From the IMG/VR virus record IMGVR_UViG_3300033067_000817: DNA of 64,000 bases; one strand, written 5' to 3'. The stretch comes from a virus. Shown here piece by piece: positions 1 through 10,463 of this stretch; the first letter of the stretch is position 1; each line of letters opens with the position of its first letter. Under the pieces are notes generated by a model. The model saw nothing but the letters and a program-made list of their open reading frames with translations. It searched no databases and was not told the origin of the DNA. The translations under genes were made by a program, and so were the position numbers.

Positions 1-161
1 GGTGATTGTCCCAATATTGTGATTGTGTTACCAGTCAATGCTACCAACAAAGGAGCCTGGCAGGCCTAAAGCTCAGGTGTTAGCTGTGAATATCACAGTA
101 TACCCCTATTCTAAGCTCTAGAATGCATGTATTAGGTTTGTTTACCCATGTGGAGTTGGGT

Positions 162-194
162 ATTGGAGTATACGAAAAGCTCATTGGAGTATAC
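162..194. repeat. direct repeat ATTGGAGTATAC x2 within a GAGTAT/GTATAC-rich leader region (about 150-620)
   Basis: Identical 12-mers at 162-173 and 183-194. More AGTATAC/ATACTC copies at 256-268, 494-500, 508-516, 531-541 and 564-575, some in inverted orientation. Confidence 0.5.
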
Positions 195-622
195 TAAAAT
201 GTGTACATCACCCTAGTTTACTTAGTAAGTAACTAGTTCAACACTACTATTTATACCAGTATACTATCATTATTCATCAATTTGGACAATCAATATACCA
301 TTTATCTATCTTATCCCAACAGACTAGTTCGCTTACGCTACCTAGTCTCATGGTCTTATTCCTTCCTAATGTTATATACAGTTACTATGGGTATAGAAAG
401 AGTGTGCTTTTATTCTTGCTATAGTGTTATTAGCCCAGAACGGCGATTTTCTAATTCCTTATTATCACAATACTTATAACGGTTTACTGTAATGAGTATG
501 TGTAGTATTGATACTCATATCTACTACACTAATATACTCAAGATACAGTACAAGAATACTCATTGATTTAGTAGTTACATTGTGACTACCAATGGGTATT
601 CAGTTATAAGTATTATAATGAG

Positions 623-1585
623 GTGGATGTAACAAAAGAAAGCGGGATTTTCACAATGGTACAATTCAAAGACGTTCAAATTGGTAATCTCTTCGTGTTC
701 ACTGAACATCCTGAACGTATTTATGTCAAAATCAACAACGATACAAGACTTGAGATAAGGCAAAAAGGACTTCAAGGAGCATCTTGCCATACTGCCTACA
801 AAGGTGCAGACATCACTATATTACAAATCAATTCAGTGTCTGGTACACCTAGCAATAAGAAGGTAGAACTCGGCTATACCGATTACGGTGAATTCAGTCA
901 ATTAAATAATGGTGATATATTTACCTGCTATTCAGTGCCCAATCACATACTAGTCAAATTAGGGCCATTGATGGCTATATGCATTAATGGCGAACTCAAG
1001 GGACAGCGTATGGATATGAGTAAAGGAACTACAGTCATTCATACGCTTAGCTTGGACACACATAAAGAGGCTAAACCAGAACAGGCGCCGGCAGCTTTGA
1101 AGCTATTCGAATGCACATTCAAAGAGCTCAAAATTGGTGAGGCATTCCAATGCAAACACTTCAAAGAGACAATATATATCAAGAATAGCGACACTACTGC
1201 TATTGTCATAAAAGGCAAGTACAAACATGCCATTTATGGAATAGACGAAGATCAAGAAATACTACTAGGAGAAATTGATATCAGTTCATTTGAAGAAGAG
1301 GAAGAAGACGAAGATTCAAAAACTAGCCAATCATATAATCAATTCAATTCAAAGGTATTAGTATCGATTACTAAACCTGATTCTACATCAGCCGGTAGCA
1401 GATGTCACATGTGCAATAACTTGCACTATATTGATCACAGCGACAAGAAACAAAAGTCAATCTATATCAAGTTCGAAGGACCTGGATGCACTGGATGGAC
1501 AGCAGATGCAGTTATTTGCAAGTACTGTGCAAAGAAGATTGTCAGCAATATTACACTGACAATTGACCAATTAAACAACATCTGA
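623..1585 (+). CDS. hypothetical protein with C-terminal Cys/His cluster
   Basis: 320-aa ORF. Acidic EEEEEDED stretch. C-terminal CHMCNN..HYIDH..CKYCAKK zinc-ribbon-like motif. Confidence 0.4.
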   Translation: MDVTKESGIFTMVQFKDVQIGNLFVFTEHPERIYVKINNDTRLEIRQKGLQGASCHTAYKGADITILQINSVSGTPSNKKVELGYTDYGEFSQLNNGDIFTCYSVPNHILVKLGPLMAICINGELKGQRMDMSKGTTVIHTLSLDTHKEAKPEQAPAALKLFECTFKELKIGEAFQCKHFKETIYIKNSDTTAIVIKGKYKHAIYGIDEDQEILLGEIDISSFEEEEEDEDSKTSQSYNQFNSKVLVSITKPDSTSAGSRCHMCNNLHYIDHSDKKQKSIYIKFEGPGCTGWTADAVICKYCAKKIVSNITLTIDQLNNI

Positions 1586-1617
1586 TCAACAAACCACAGA
1601 CCGGGAGTTTTCTGATT

Positions 1618-1911
1618 ATGTCACTAGCAGGCAGAACAATGACCATTCGTATTACCAATAAGGACATACAGAATGGCAAAAGAAGAGATGTGAACCAATG
1701 TCCTATTGCACTAGCTGTCAATAGGCATATGAAACAACGTGGCTATAAGCCATTTATAGTCACATTCATTCATATGTTTGACAATGTCGAAGATCAAGGA
1801 ACGTGGGCAAGGCTTCCAGAGAAAGCACAATGCTTCGTATCGAGGTTTGACAATGGTAGACCAATTGGTCCATTCACACTGAAAGTTACGTTCGAACTCA
1901 AAAAGTGGTAA
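1618..1911 (+). CDS. hypothetical protein
   Basis: 97-aa ORF in the + strand gene array, tightly spaced after the previous gene. Confidence 0.3.
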   Translation: MSLAGRTMTIRITNKDIQNGKRRDVNQCPIALAVNRHMKQRGYKPFIVTFIHMFDNVEDQGTWARLPEKAQCFVSRFDNGRPIGPFTLKVTFELKKW

Positions 1912-1941
1912 TCCACAAACCGCGTTTCTAGGAGTAAGACA

Positions 1942-2187
1942 ATGTTCACTAATCTGCCTGATGCAACACATGAACACGGGTTCGTTCGTCATACCTGCAA
2001 AGAATGCAGAGAACAGCCCGGACTCTGTAATGGCAACAAAACAAGCCGGTGCCTATATGGCACTATGCATGGATTCAATCGCAAAGGCGAAAAGATCTTT
2101 GTGTGTCCAATGTATGTCACACAAAACATGCTAAGCAACAGATGTGACATAGTAGAACGCAAGAAAGCATTTGACTCACCAGTGTGA
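1942..2187 (+). CDS. hypothetical Cys-rich small protein
   Basis: 81-aa ORF with CKECREQPGLC..C..C spacing (zinc-binding-like). Confidence 0.3.
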   Translation: MFTNLPDATHEHGFVRHTCKECREQPGLCNGNKTSRCLYGTMHGFNRKGEKIFVCPMYVTQNMLSNRCDIVERKKAFDSPV

Positions 2188-2596
2188 GAAAGGACTAACA
2201 TGACTAAGATAATAGCATGTAGCAAATGTGGTAGCTTGATCTACCTAACGAAATACGGGCCAAGGATATGTTATACTTGCCAAAAGAAAGCTAAATAAAA
2301 AGTCCGCTTCTGTTCTGGTTTCTCATTCCATAACATTTGAAAGGACCAATATGGGCGCAGTCCCTAGTGAAGTTCACGAAGATCTCGACAAGGCAGCAGC
2401 TGATGACAAGGCTGCAAAAGAAGCGCTCCTACAGGAGACCACAGAATTCCTCGAACCTATTGAAGGCTCAGAAGAATTGGTGAATACCAGAGCAGAATGG
2501 CTCGCAAAGTATGAGCCCAAAGCTGTGAGAGCAGCAATGAAGATTCTCGAAAAGCAACAATAGGCTAGGAGTAGCCTACAACAACGGAGAAAGACA

Positions 2597-3085
2597 GTGT
2601 TCAAATACATGACTTTGTATGATTTCTCTGATATGACTGATGAGCAGCTAGAGCTATACATAGCTCGCAGAGCTTATCGTCAACACAGAGAGCAACAAAT
2701 TGCGTGTTCACCATTAGTAAATGGTACACGCACTGACTGCAGTACTGGTGAAGTCAAAAAGGTTAGCTTACATCTAACTCTTGATAAATCACCATTGGAG
2801 CCTAATAAGAAACCAATAGTAACGCTACACGGTGGTGTTACTGGGTACGAATCATTCTATCTCAATGATTATGCCATGGAATGGCTATCAGCCCCAGAGG
2901 TAGAACAATGGGCAGCCTGTATGGGCACCAAAGGCCGGTATGATGAACTACTCATACCAACAACCGAAATGCGCAAAGCATTGCGAGAACTAGGAGTTGA
3001 TATCAGTGAGCCTGACACTGATAAAGACTTAGTCAAATCAGAACCAATTGAGCCAAAGCGAATAGCTGGCTGGGAGAACAAATGA
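2597..3085 (+). CDS. hypothetical protein
   Basis: 162-aa ORF with coding-like composition and no recognised motif. Confidence 0.35.
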   Translation: MFKYMTLYDFSDMTDEQLELYIARRAYRQHREQQIACSPLVNGTRTDCSTGEVKKVSLHLTLDKSPLEPNKKPIVTLHGGVTGYESFYLNDYAMEWLSAPEVEQWAACMGTKGRYDELLIPTTEMRKALRELGVDISEPDTDKDLVKSEPIEPKRIAGWENK

Positions 3086-3278
3086 GCGAAATCGGTCAAC
3101 GCATTACTCAAATGTGCACATTTCGTGATGCACTCCAAGTGGCTAGAAACAACTGCATGAATGACAAGCAGTTCAAGTCACTCAACGCCATGCTCACCAA
3201 TATCACCAAGCAAATTGATAATATCCAGAATCGGGGTAGATATCCCGATAGGAGAACTGACAACAGAGTACGAATCAA

Positions 3279-4010
3279 ATGAAAATACTCGTACTTGGTG
3301 ATGTTCATGCTTATTGGGAGCATATGAACATCGTAATCGCCAATGCATTGAGAAAGCACAAAGACATATGTGCTATCGTACAAGTAGGCGACTTTGGATA
3401 TGCAATGGGAACAAAACCATTTAAGCTATCCAGAGGATTCTATCAATCTGATGATGAACATCAGCATGCCCATTCAATACCCAAATATTGGAATGATGGC
3501 AACCACGAGAATCATGATCTACTAGATCAAGACAAAGGCGCATGGCAGCAAGGCTGGACATACCAGCCTCGTGGTTCAGTAATCACCATCAATAACAGAA
3601 ACATAATGTTCTTTGGTGGTGCTTCATCAATTGACAAATCAACCAGAACACCTGGTGTATCATGGTGGCCTCAAGAATCCATTACAATGGGTCAAACAAT
3701 GAGGGCATTAGAATACAATGGCAAATTGGACATTGTATTCTCGCATGAATTCCCAGCTGCATTCGAATATGACAGCTGGAAGGATAACTTTGGTATGCCT
3801 GATAGGCTATGTCTACAGCAGATCCAAAACAAATACCAACCACCGGTTTGGATATTTGGACATCATCATGAATACCAGTCAAGTAAATACAACGAGACTT
3901 GGTGGGCATGTGCACCGTGTATTGAATACAAGTCCTACATCGTCATAGATCTGGAAGGTCTAGTATTCACACATGAGGAGTGCAATGATACTAGCAGTAA
4001 CAGGACATAG
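3279..4010 (+). CDS. calcineurin-like metallophosphoesterase
   Basis: MKILVLGDVHAYWEH, VQVGDFGY and GNHENHD motifs (GDxH / GDxxD / GNHE metallophosphatase signature). Confidence 0.6.
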   Translation: MKILVLGDVHAYWEHMNIVIANALRKHKDICAIVQVGDFGYAMGTKPFKLSRGFYQSDDEHQHAHSIPKYWNDGNHENHDLLDQDKGAWQQGWTYQPRGSVITINNRNIMFFGGASSIDKSTRTPGVSWWPQESITMGQTMRALEYNGKLDIVFSHEFPAAFEYDSWKDNFGMPDRLCLQQIQNKYQPPVWIFGHHHEYQSSKYNETWWACAPCIEYKSYIVIDLEGLVFTHEECNDTSSNRT

Positions 4011-4506
4011 GCCTGACAAACTTGGTGGATATGCATTATCTGCATATCTACCAGTGTTGCAAACTGCAAAGAGAGCCATTACAAGGCTAAAGCCTGATAT
4101 GGTTCTCACAGGAATGGCGCTGGGATGGGATCAAGCAATAGCAGAAGCATGTGTATCTCTCAAGATACCATTCACTGCTGTTATCCCATCAACTGCACAA
4201 TCATCAAGATGGCCATTCGAGAGTAAAGCCAAATATGATCTATTGCTGGCACAAGCAAAAGATTGTATTGATTACTCAAAACTCACAGGTAATCAAGGTC
4301 TGAATATCTATCAGCTTCTTGATGGCCGTAACCATTGTATGGTTGACAATTGCGATAAGCTATTAACACTATATAATGGTGACAAAAGCGGTGGTACATA
4401 CAATTGTATCATATACGCTCAGAGCAAACAACGTGACATTGTGAATTGTTGGCCAATGTACCAGAAGGTACTAGCAGGAGACAACGATGCGAATTCTATT
4501 GATTGA
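3973..4506 (+). CDS. YpsA/DUF1273 SLOG-family protein
   Basis: AVTGHRPDKLGGY N-terminus, LTGMALGWDQAIAEA and FTAVIPSTAQSSRWPFES..YDLLLAQA blocks that parallel B. subtilis YpsA (ITGYKPFELG, ISGQLGVELWAAEAA, VAVITPFYEQEKNW). Confidence 0.6.
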   Translation: MRSAMILAVTGHRPDKLGGYALSAYLPVLQTAKRAITRLKPDMVLTGMALGWDQAIAEACVSLKIPFTAVIPSTAQSSRWPFESKAKYDLLLAQAKDCIDYSKLTGNQGLNIYQLLDGRNHCMVDNCDKLLTLYNGDKSGGTYNCIIYAQSKQRDIVNCWPMYQKVLAGDNDANSID

Positions 4507-4846
4507 AGATCAAGAAGTACGCATTGCATGGTTCAAGAAGAAATTCAAAGATCACACACTGATCATTGCCAAATCAAGGCAAGAAGCAGAAGAAATCTTT
4601 GAAATGGGAATGCCATATCACATGGCATTTCTTGATCATGATCTCGAAGAGATCAATCCAACTCCTGACAAGACAACATCTGCACTCATTAAACAAAATG
4701 AGCGTGTGAGAGAAGTTTTGAACAATCTATTGGATGGAGTTATCATCCATTCAATCAACTACGATGGTGCACAAAACATCAAATCACTATTGCCAAAAGC
4801 ACAAGTGATTCAGTACCACAAACTTCAAGTTCTAACAGGAGGATAA
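4487..4846 (+). CDS. CheY-like receiver-domain-like protein (degenerate)
   Basis: MRILLIEDQE N-terminus and AFLDHDL segment resemble response-regulator receiver motifs. The acidic pocket is not canonical. Confidence 0.3.
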   Translation: MRILLIEDQEVRIAWFKKKFKDHTLIIAKSRQEAEEIFEMGMPYHMAFLDHDLEEINPTPDKTTSALIKQNERVREVLNNLLDGVIIHSINYDGAQNIKSLLPKAQVIQYHKLQVLTGG

Positions 4847-5151
4847 CTAGCACAAAAGAAGAAAAAATTGTTCTTTTTCGTTTGGTCTTTTCTCGTCTTT
4901 CATGTTAGATTGGAGAATGACAATGAAGATCTGGAATAGCATTTGTGTCACATGCGCACACGTCATTGGATACGCACTGACAGTGATTGTCACATTCACC
5001 GTGTTCTTGATGCTGCACTCATTCCTGCCGTACTGGCTAGCAATGGTGCTGACGTTCACGATCATCGGATGTGGTGCATGGTACATAGGTGGCATGTTGC
5101 GCATGGTCATCGATGCCATCAGAGTGCTGAAGCAAGTTAGCACAATGGCAG

Positions 5152-5667
5152 GTGCTGTCTAGAATCAGCACCATGGAACAGCAAAAACAGCAGAGTGCCA
5201 ATGAGCTGCAAGTTGAGAACTGCAGCATCTTTGACAAAACCAAAGGCATAATTTGCCATCAGGTGAATTGCCAAGGTGTCATGGGCAAAGGATTGGCACT
5301 ACAGATTAGGAACAAGTATCCTAATGTGTATACTGCTTACAAAGACTACTGTGCCTCGTATGCAGACGACAAAGATCATCTGCTAGGTCAGGTACAGCTA
5401 ATAGGCGTTGGCCCAAGCGACGACCTATTCGTTTGCAATGTGTTCGGACAGCTTGGCTATGGACGTGACAAACGGTACACAGACTATGGTGCCGTTACCA
5501 GAGCGTTCAGAGCATTAGCTGGAATTCTGGCACGACTGGAAGAACGTCCTAAGGTATACATTCCATACCTAATGGGATGTGGATTGGCTGGTGGTGATTG
5601 GTTACCATACCAAAACGCCATCAAGACTCACATCCCGGATGCAACAGTGTGTAAGTTCAGACCGTAA
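5152..5667 (+). CDS. macro domain (ADP-ribose binding/processing) protein
   Basis: GIICHQVNCQGVMGKGLALQIRNKYP matches the macro-domain core (xVNAANxxLxxGxGVAGAI). Length 171 aa fits a stand-alone macro domain. Confidence 0.55.
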   Translation: MLSRISTMEQQKQQSANELQVENCSIFDKTKGIICHQVNCQGVMGKGLALQIRNKYPNVYTAYKDYCASYADDKDHLLGQVQLIGVGPSDDLFVCNVFGQLGYGRDKRYTDYGAVTRAFRALAGILARLEERPKVYIPYLMGCGLAGGDWLPYQNAIKTHIPDATVCKFRP

Positions 5668-5859
5668 GGACACAAACAATGCAACTCAAAGTGATTGACA
5701 CAGTGTTACGATGCTGGCGTTGTCAAAGCGCCTGCATTGATCTAACACCATCAAGCAATGGCATCATCTACACTCACGCTTGTGGATTCGTCTACACTGT
5801 GAGTGACAAAGGTGATGTCAAGAGCTTGAGTCCCTGTTCAGGGGATTGCACTATGCAAG

Positions 5860-6336
5860 ATGCTATGTGCAACAGCTGTCATCACTCTGAGTTCAAAGGA
5901 GATTGACATGAAAGAGATGTTTGCGCAAGCAAAACCGTACATGTTTACAGCACTGTGCGTTGTCACAGCGATCTGTACATTTGCGGTTGGTGGATTCATC
6001 TTCGCAGGATTCTTCATGGGACTCGTGACCAGCATTGCGCTGTTCATGAGCATCAGAAAGTTGCCTGCCAAGATCCAACGCTTCATGGCTCGACACCCGT
6101 TCATTTCGGACATGGTGTGCCTGAAGCTGACCGCTGGTATCCTGATGCTGATTGGCACAGGACCCACGATCTTCATGGCCTTGGTCACCCAAATGGTGGT
6201 CATGGGCATCTTACTGGAAACTCTTGATCCCAACATGAAGGATTCAAAGGAATCATGGAAACGACAACGACAATCAACCGGACGAGTTCTTACCCTGTCA
6301 CCGGAATCAGTGACAGTGGTACCCCAACCAGCGTGA
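5860..6336 (+). CDS. putative membrane protein
   Basis: Several hydrophobic helices (FIFAGFFMGLVTSIALFMSI, LTAGILMLIGTGPTIFMALV). Preferred over the overlapping minus-strand ORF because of gene-array polarity. Confidence 0.3.
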   Translation: MLCATAVITLSSKEIDMKEMFAQAKPYMFTALCVVTAICTFAVGGFIFAGFFMGLVTSIALFMSIRKLPAKIQRFMARHPFISDMVCLKLTAGILMLIGTGPTIFMALVTQMVVMGILLETLDPNMKDSKESWKRQRQSTGRVLTLSPESVTVVPQPA

Positions 6337-7059
6337 CCACGAATGCCAAACCGGGCATCAAGGGAACATTGGCAGCAGCAGGCACCATCATCGGAACCAG
6401 CTTCCTGATTGGTGCAAGCGTGGCACTCGCCACCTGGTGCGTCAACCGTGTCCTCGGAGACGGCAAGGAAGCGTTCGACAAGGCTCAACGAGCCAAGCCC
6501 GAATGAGTTGAGCTACTGTAGCTCAACCATGTAAGAAGCAACAATGTAGGTCACAGACACCCCATCCCCTGTGGCCTACATCATAGTTATCACAGACCTC
6601 CTAGCTAACATAGTAATCAATAAAAAGCCAATAAGGAGGCAAAAATGAACGCACAACGTCTGACCCAATTCAACTCCCTACAAGATGAAAGGAGAGCACA
6701 ACTGCGACAAGGAGGATTCATAGCTGTAAAGCTATTCAATCATACAGAGATTCTAATTCAGCGCTATGCGTCTGGTGGAATCTCGGCCATGATCGAACCA
6801 GCCATGTCTCTAGATCAAGAGCAGGCTGCCAAGCTGTACAAACAACTTGGTGATGTCCTCAAGCAGTTCGACAACGAGAACTCATGATTACCAAAATCAT
6901 AGTTATGCTTTTGCTACTAGTAGCAATCAGCATCTGTAATCTCCTGATCCAAAAGATTAGGAGAACAAGAAGGTCTATCCAGCCAGTGGGATAGATATCC
7001 GGGGACTTAAATCTGGCAAGTATCACAGTAAGACACAGGATGAATGATTCGAGGGAGTA

Positions 7060-8793
7060 ATGGCGAAAAGAATAGCCAATAAGGTGCCTAGCAGATCACG
7101 CATTATTCGTGAACTGTATGACATCAATAAGTACGAGGAGTGCATGGCCACCATCGGACTTATCGCATCGTTCTGGCAGCTGCTCGTGAAGCTTGATTCT
7201 GCTTTGGAAGAAGAGCAAATCAAGCATGGCGAAAAAGCCAGAACAAAGGAGCAAATCAAAGCCGACGCAGAGAGAGCTGTCGAAATGCTCCAGGCAGAAC
7301 TCACCAAGCTCACTGAGGAATTTCTTGCTACTCGTACTGAGAACAAGGCATTCCCCTTGGATCGAGTCGTAGGAGACCTGTTCGTAGACGCTGCCCGTGA
7401 GGGCCGTCTTGACAAGGATATTCTCATTAGGGTAGCGCTGGAACAGCAAGCGATTGCTGACGCAGAGTACTCCGAAGAGATCGGGTGGGACAAGGACAAG
7501 CTGAAGCCACGCCTTGTTCCACACGGACGCACACTCCAATGGTCTGAATACCACATTGGAGAGAAACAAGCTGGACACCTGCCGAGATTCCCTGTCTTCG
7601 GCAAAGACGATCATGAGGATTACGATCCCATGATGCGCAGCGGCAGATTCCCCACATTTGCTCCGAAGAAGTATCGGAGGACAATCAAAGGGGAAGAAGT
7701 GTGGATTCCCAATGTCCGCATGATGATGGACGAAGTTCAAGGGTACAAGATGCCGTTGAACTTGCCCATGAGCTGGGATGTTGACGAGAAAGGCAACAAG
7801 ATCAGGGACACTGACTGGGAGCCTTTGCAAGTCATCAAGACAGCAGAGATTGATCTTGAAGAGACGATGTTCAGTAATGAACATGGGGAGAACGTCTGTA
7901 AGATCGTTGAAGTGCATGAGTACCGTGACAGATACGGTAACATCACCGAAGAATGTCATATGCTGGAATTCGAAGAAGAGTTCAAGACGTATGACGAGAT
8001 GAAGGCTCTCATCGAGAGATACCTCAGCCCAGTCGAAAAGGAAAGACCTGAGGTCAAGTTCACTCCCGGTAAGAAAAAGATCGTTTCTTACGGTGTTCCT
8101 TGTCCGGAGCGTACGAAGGACGACAAGAACCGTGTTGACATTGTGATGTCAGCACAGTTCCGCAACTCACCACATTACGAAAAGCTGAAGCGACGAGAAC
8201 GGCTTCACAATCGTTATGTGACAGTTGTGCCTGGTGTCAGAAAGAAAGGCACTTGGCACAATGGCGTGTTCAAGCAAGAGAAGAAAGAAATCGAGTACGT
8301 AGCACGAGGTGGTATTGATTTCAAGGGTAGCAAGGAAGTTGGTGCACCTTACGAGATCAATGGCAACATTGTGACGTACTACGGTTACAATGACACTGCC
8401 GAGTACAACATCGTTGGAATCTGGGCAGAGTTGGCTCGTAAGAGATTCCTCAATGATCTTGAGCATGGCAAAGTGAAGATTTGCCGTGCCATCTCTTACA
8501 AAGATGGTCAGAAAAAGACCAAATGGCAGGCGTATCGTGTCTACAACTATGCCGTGAACAACAAGGCATTGGGCACGAAGACCAAATGCAACGTACTGCT
8601 GTTTTGTGATCTCAACAACAAGTTCAGTTCTCGTGATTTGGCCAAGGGTGGTTTTGATGTTACGGATGTGTTGAAGAACACATTCGGCATTTGGAGCCAC
8701 AAGGACCACGAGAAGTGGATCGAAGAACGTGGATTCAGCACCGATCCGTACACCTTTTACCCCACAATTGATTCAACTAATTTGGAGAAGTAA
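7060..8793 (+). CDS. hypothetical protein (577 aa)
   Basis: Long uninterrupted + strand ORF. No motif recognised. Confidence 0.45.
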   Translation: MAKRIANKVPSRSRIIRELYDINKYEECMATIGLIASFWQLLVKLDSALEEEQIKHGEKARTKEQIKADAERAVEMLQAELTKLTEEFLATRTENKAFPLDRVVGDLFVDAAREGRLDKDILIRVALEQQAIADAEYSEEIGWDKDKLKPRLVPHGRTLQWSEYHIGEKQAGHLPRFPVFGKDDHEDYDPMMRSGRFPTFAPKKYRRTIKGEEVWIPNVRMMMDEVQGYKMPLNLPMSWDVDEKGNKIRDTDWEPLQVIKTAEIDLEETMFSNEHGENVCKIVEVHEYRDRYGNITEECHMLEFEEEFKTYDEMKALIERYLSPVEKERPEVKFTPGKKKIVSYGVPCPERTKDDKNRVDIVMSAQFRNSPHYEKLKRRERLHNRYVTVVPGVRKKGTWHNGVFKQEKKEIEYVARGGIDFKGSKEVGAPYEINGNIVTYYGYNDTAEYNIVGIWAELARKRFLNDLEHGKVKICRAISYKDGQKKTKWQAYRVYNYAVNNKALGTKTKCNVLLFCDLNNKFSSRDLAKGGFDVTDVLKNTFGIWSHKDHEKWIEERGFSTDPYTFYPTIDSTNLEK

Positions 8794-8820
8794 CAAAGAG
8801 AAAAAAAGAGTTCTTTTGTC

Positions 8821-9645
8821 GTGCTTCTCCCAGTTCTGTCAATTAGTGATTCAGGAGCAAATGTGATCAAGGTCGAAGGAAATTACAATCTAGTTTATCC
8901 TGCCGCTTTTCTGGAGAAGAGCGAAGGAAAACTTGCCAGTCGAGAACAGAGTGGTCTCGATCTGTATGCACCGTACAATCGATTAAACGGTGATGTCACT
9001 CGCTACATCGAACTGCTCGGTGATGGCAAGGAAGCCTGTTCGAGAGGCCAAAAGGGCTTTACCGTGCTGTCCATCAAGAAGTTGACTGGCAGCAGTGGTC
9101 CGAACCGCAACACCGGCAGGCGTGAAGAAGAAAGCTTCCGCCTCAGCTGTGTGGACTTCAGCAGAGCTTCCGTCACCGGCAATGGCTGGTGGTCCGTGTT
9201 GTTGATCAACTACGACACGGAAGAGAACTGCGAAGAAGCGAAGGCCAAGATCCAAGAGCTGCGGCCGGATTGCCCGTCTGCTACGCTCTTCGAGATCCAC
9301 GAGTTCGCCAAGACGATCAAGGAACCCACCGAGTTCTCGTTCGCGATCCAAGGCTCCAAGAGCAGCCTGAAGATCATGAAGCCCGAATCGATCGTCAAGG
9401 TCATGGACGAGATGTTCGCTCAGCAGATCAGTGCTACGAAGGTTCTGGAGTGGCAGAAGAAGAATCTGCCCTACAGATTCCTCCCGAAGCAGAACCTAAT
9501 GCTGTATGCTTCGAGCAGCAGCCCCGATGCGGACAAGGCTCTGCGTCCTCTGTGGGCGAACTACAAGCAAGAGAATCAGAACAGCAAGAGCATCAAGAGA
9601 AGCCAGTCTACTCAGTTCCGTGGGACTGAGGACACCTTGGACTGA
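8821..9645 (+). CDS. hypothetical protein (GC-rich gene)
   Basis: 274-aa ORF. Local GC clearly higher than flanking phage sequence. Competing frames are shorter. Confidence 0.35.
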   Translation: MLLPVLSISDSGANVIKVEGNYNLVYPAAFLEKSEGKLASREQSGLDLYAPYNRLNGDVTRYIELLGDGKEACSRGQKGFTVLSIKKLTGSSGPNRNTGRREEESFRLSCVDFSRASVTGNGWWSVLLINYDTEENCEEAKAKIQELRPDCPSATLFEIHEFAKTIKEPTEFSFAIQGSKSSLKIMKPESIVKVMDEMFAQQISATKVLEWQKKNLPYRFLPKQNLMLYASSSSPDADKALRPLWANYKQENQNSKSIKRSQSTQFRGTEDTLD

Positions 9646-9825
9646 GATTCTTACCAGAGAGTTGTTGACTGTAGCACCACGTAACGAGTCTTAGGCAAGC
9701 CTGCATAGTGTCCTAAGAACGGTGCCTGTCACATATAGATGCAGGGTACGGCTCTCTGGTTTCTTATACTACATGTGCTTGAACTATACCATATGTAGTA
9801 TTCATTACGCAAGTAATGTGGAAAG

Positions 9826-9859
9826 AGCCTTATCACCCTAAAAAGTGATAAGGCTTTTC
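9826..9859 (+). terminator. intrinsic terminator hairpin
   Basis: GCCTTATCAC-cctaaaaa-GTGATAAGGC followed by TTTT. Confidence 0.6.
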
Positions 9860-9919
9860 TCATTGCACGTTACTCCCGTGCAGACATTCCAGTTTGTGAT
9901 AGTGCATTGTCTTTCTCCG

Positions 9920-9957
9920 AATAGCTCAGCAGGACCATACTGCTGGGCTATTTTTGT
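9920..9957. terminator. terminator-like hairpin (possibly bidirectional)
   Basis: ATAGCTCAGCAG-gaccatac-CTGCTGGGCTAT followed by TTTTTGTT. Lies between + strand genes and the end of the minus-strand HNH gene. Confidence 0.5.
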
Positions 9958-9959
9958 TG

Positions 9960-10463
9960 CTAAATATTTAGTAAGCCATGATCAAATTCCCAATGACAAT
10001 TGGGACACAGTTGTATAACGTTAGATTTATGATTTACAATACCAATTTTAGTATTATCAGAGAAAGAAGAAATTGGAATACGATGAGCTAATTCAACATG
10101 CTTTGAATAGCCACAACTAGCACAAGGTAATTTAACAAGATCTCGATTCCAACTGCGATTTAAACCTCTTATATTAGCTGCTCTCCAAGAACGATGCTTT
10201 TTGGATACTGAGCGCTTAGAGTAAATCTCAGAAAGAGTCATATTCTCAATAAGATTACGTCTTGTAGTATTAGTTAGAATACAAGTATCACACAAAAAGC
10301 GCGTATTATAATTACGCTTATACTTGTATATCTTACTACATACTTTACAAGATCTATCTATTGGTGGATTTTTTTGTTTACCTCGATTATTGGTTTTTGC
10401 AGCACAACTACGAGAACAAAATCGAGGATTTATAGTGTCTTTAAGACATTCAACACAATTCAT
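9960..10463 (-). CDS. HNH homing endonuclease
   Basis: CPNCHWEFDHG HNH/zinc motif plus additional CxxC pairs. One of only two convincing minus-strand genes. Sits at the edge of the tRNA cluster. Confidence 0.7.
   Translation of the reverse strand: MNCVECLKDTINPRFCSRSCAAKTNNRGKQKNPPIDRSCKVCSKIYKYKRNYNTRFLCDTCILTNTTRRNLIENMTLSEIYSKRSVSKKHRSWRAANIRGLNRSWNRDLVKLPCASCGYSKHVELAHRIPISSFSDNTKIGIVNHKSNVIQLCPNCHWEFDHGLLNI

Noticed and set aside
7096-7959. Long minus-strand ORFs overlapping + strand genes (for example 7096-7959, 5838-6488, 32673-33461, 53433-53879)
   Set aside because: They lie entirely within stronger + strand genes with recognisable domains or consistent operon polarity. Their composition is odd (Ser/Cys/Leu-rich). 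They are treated as shadow ORFs.
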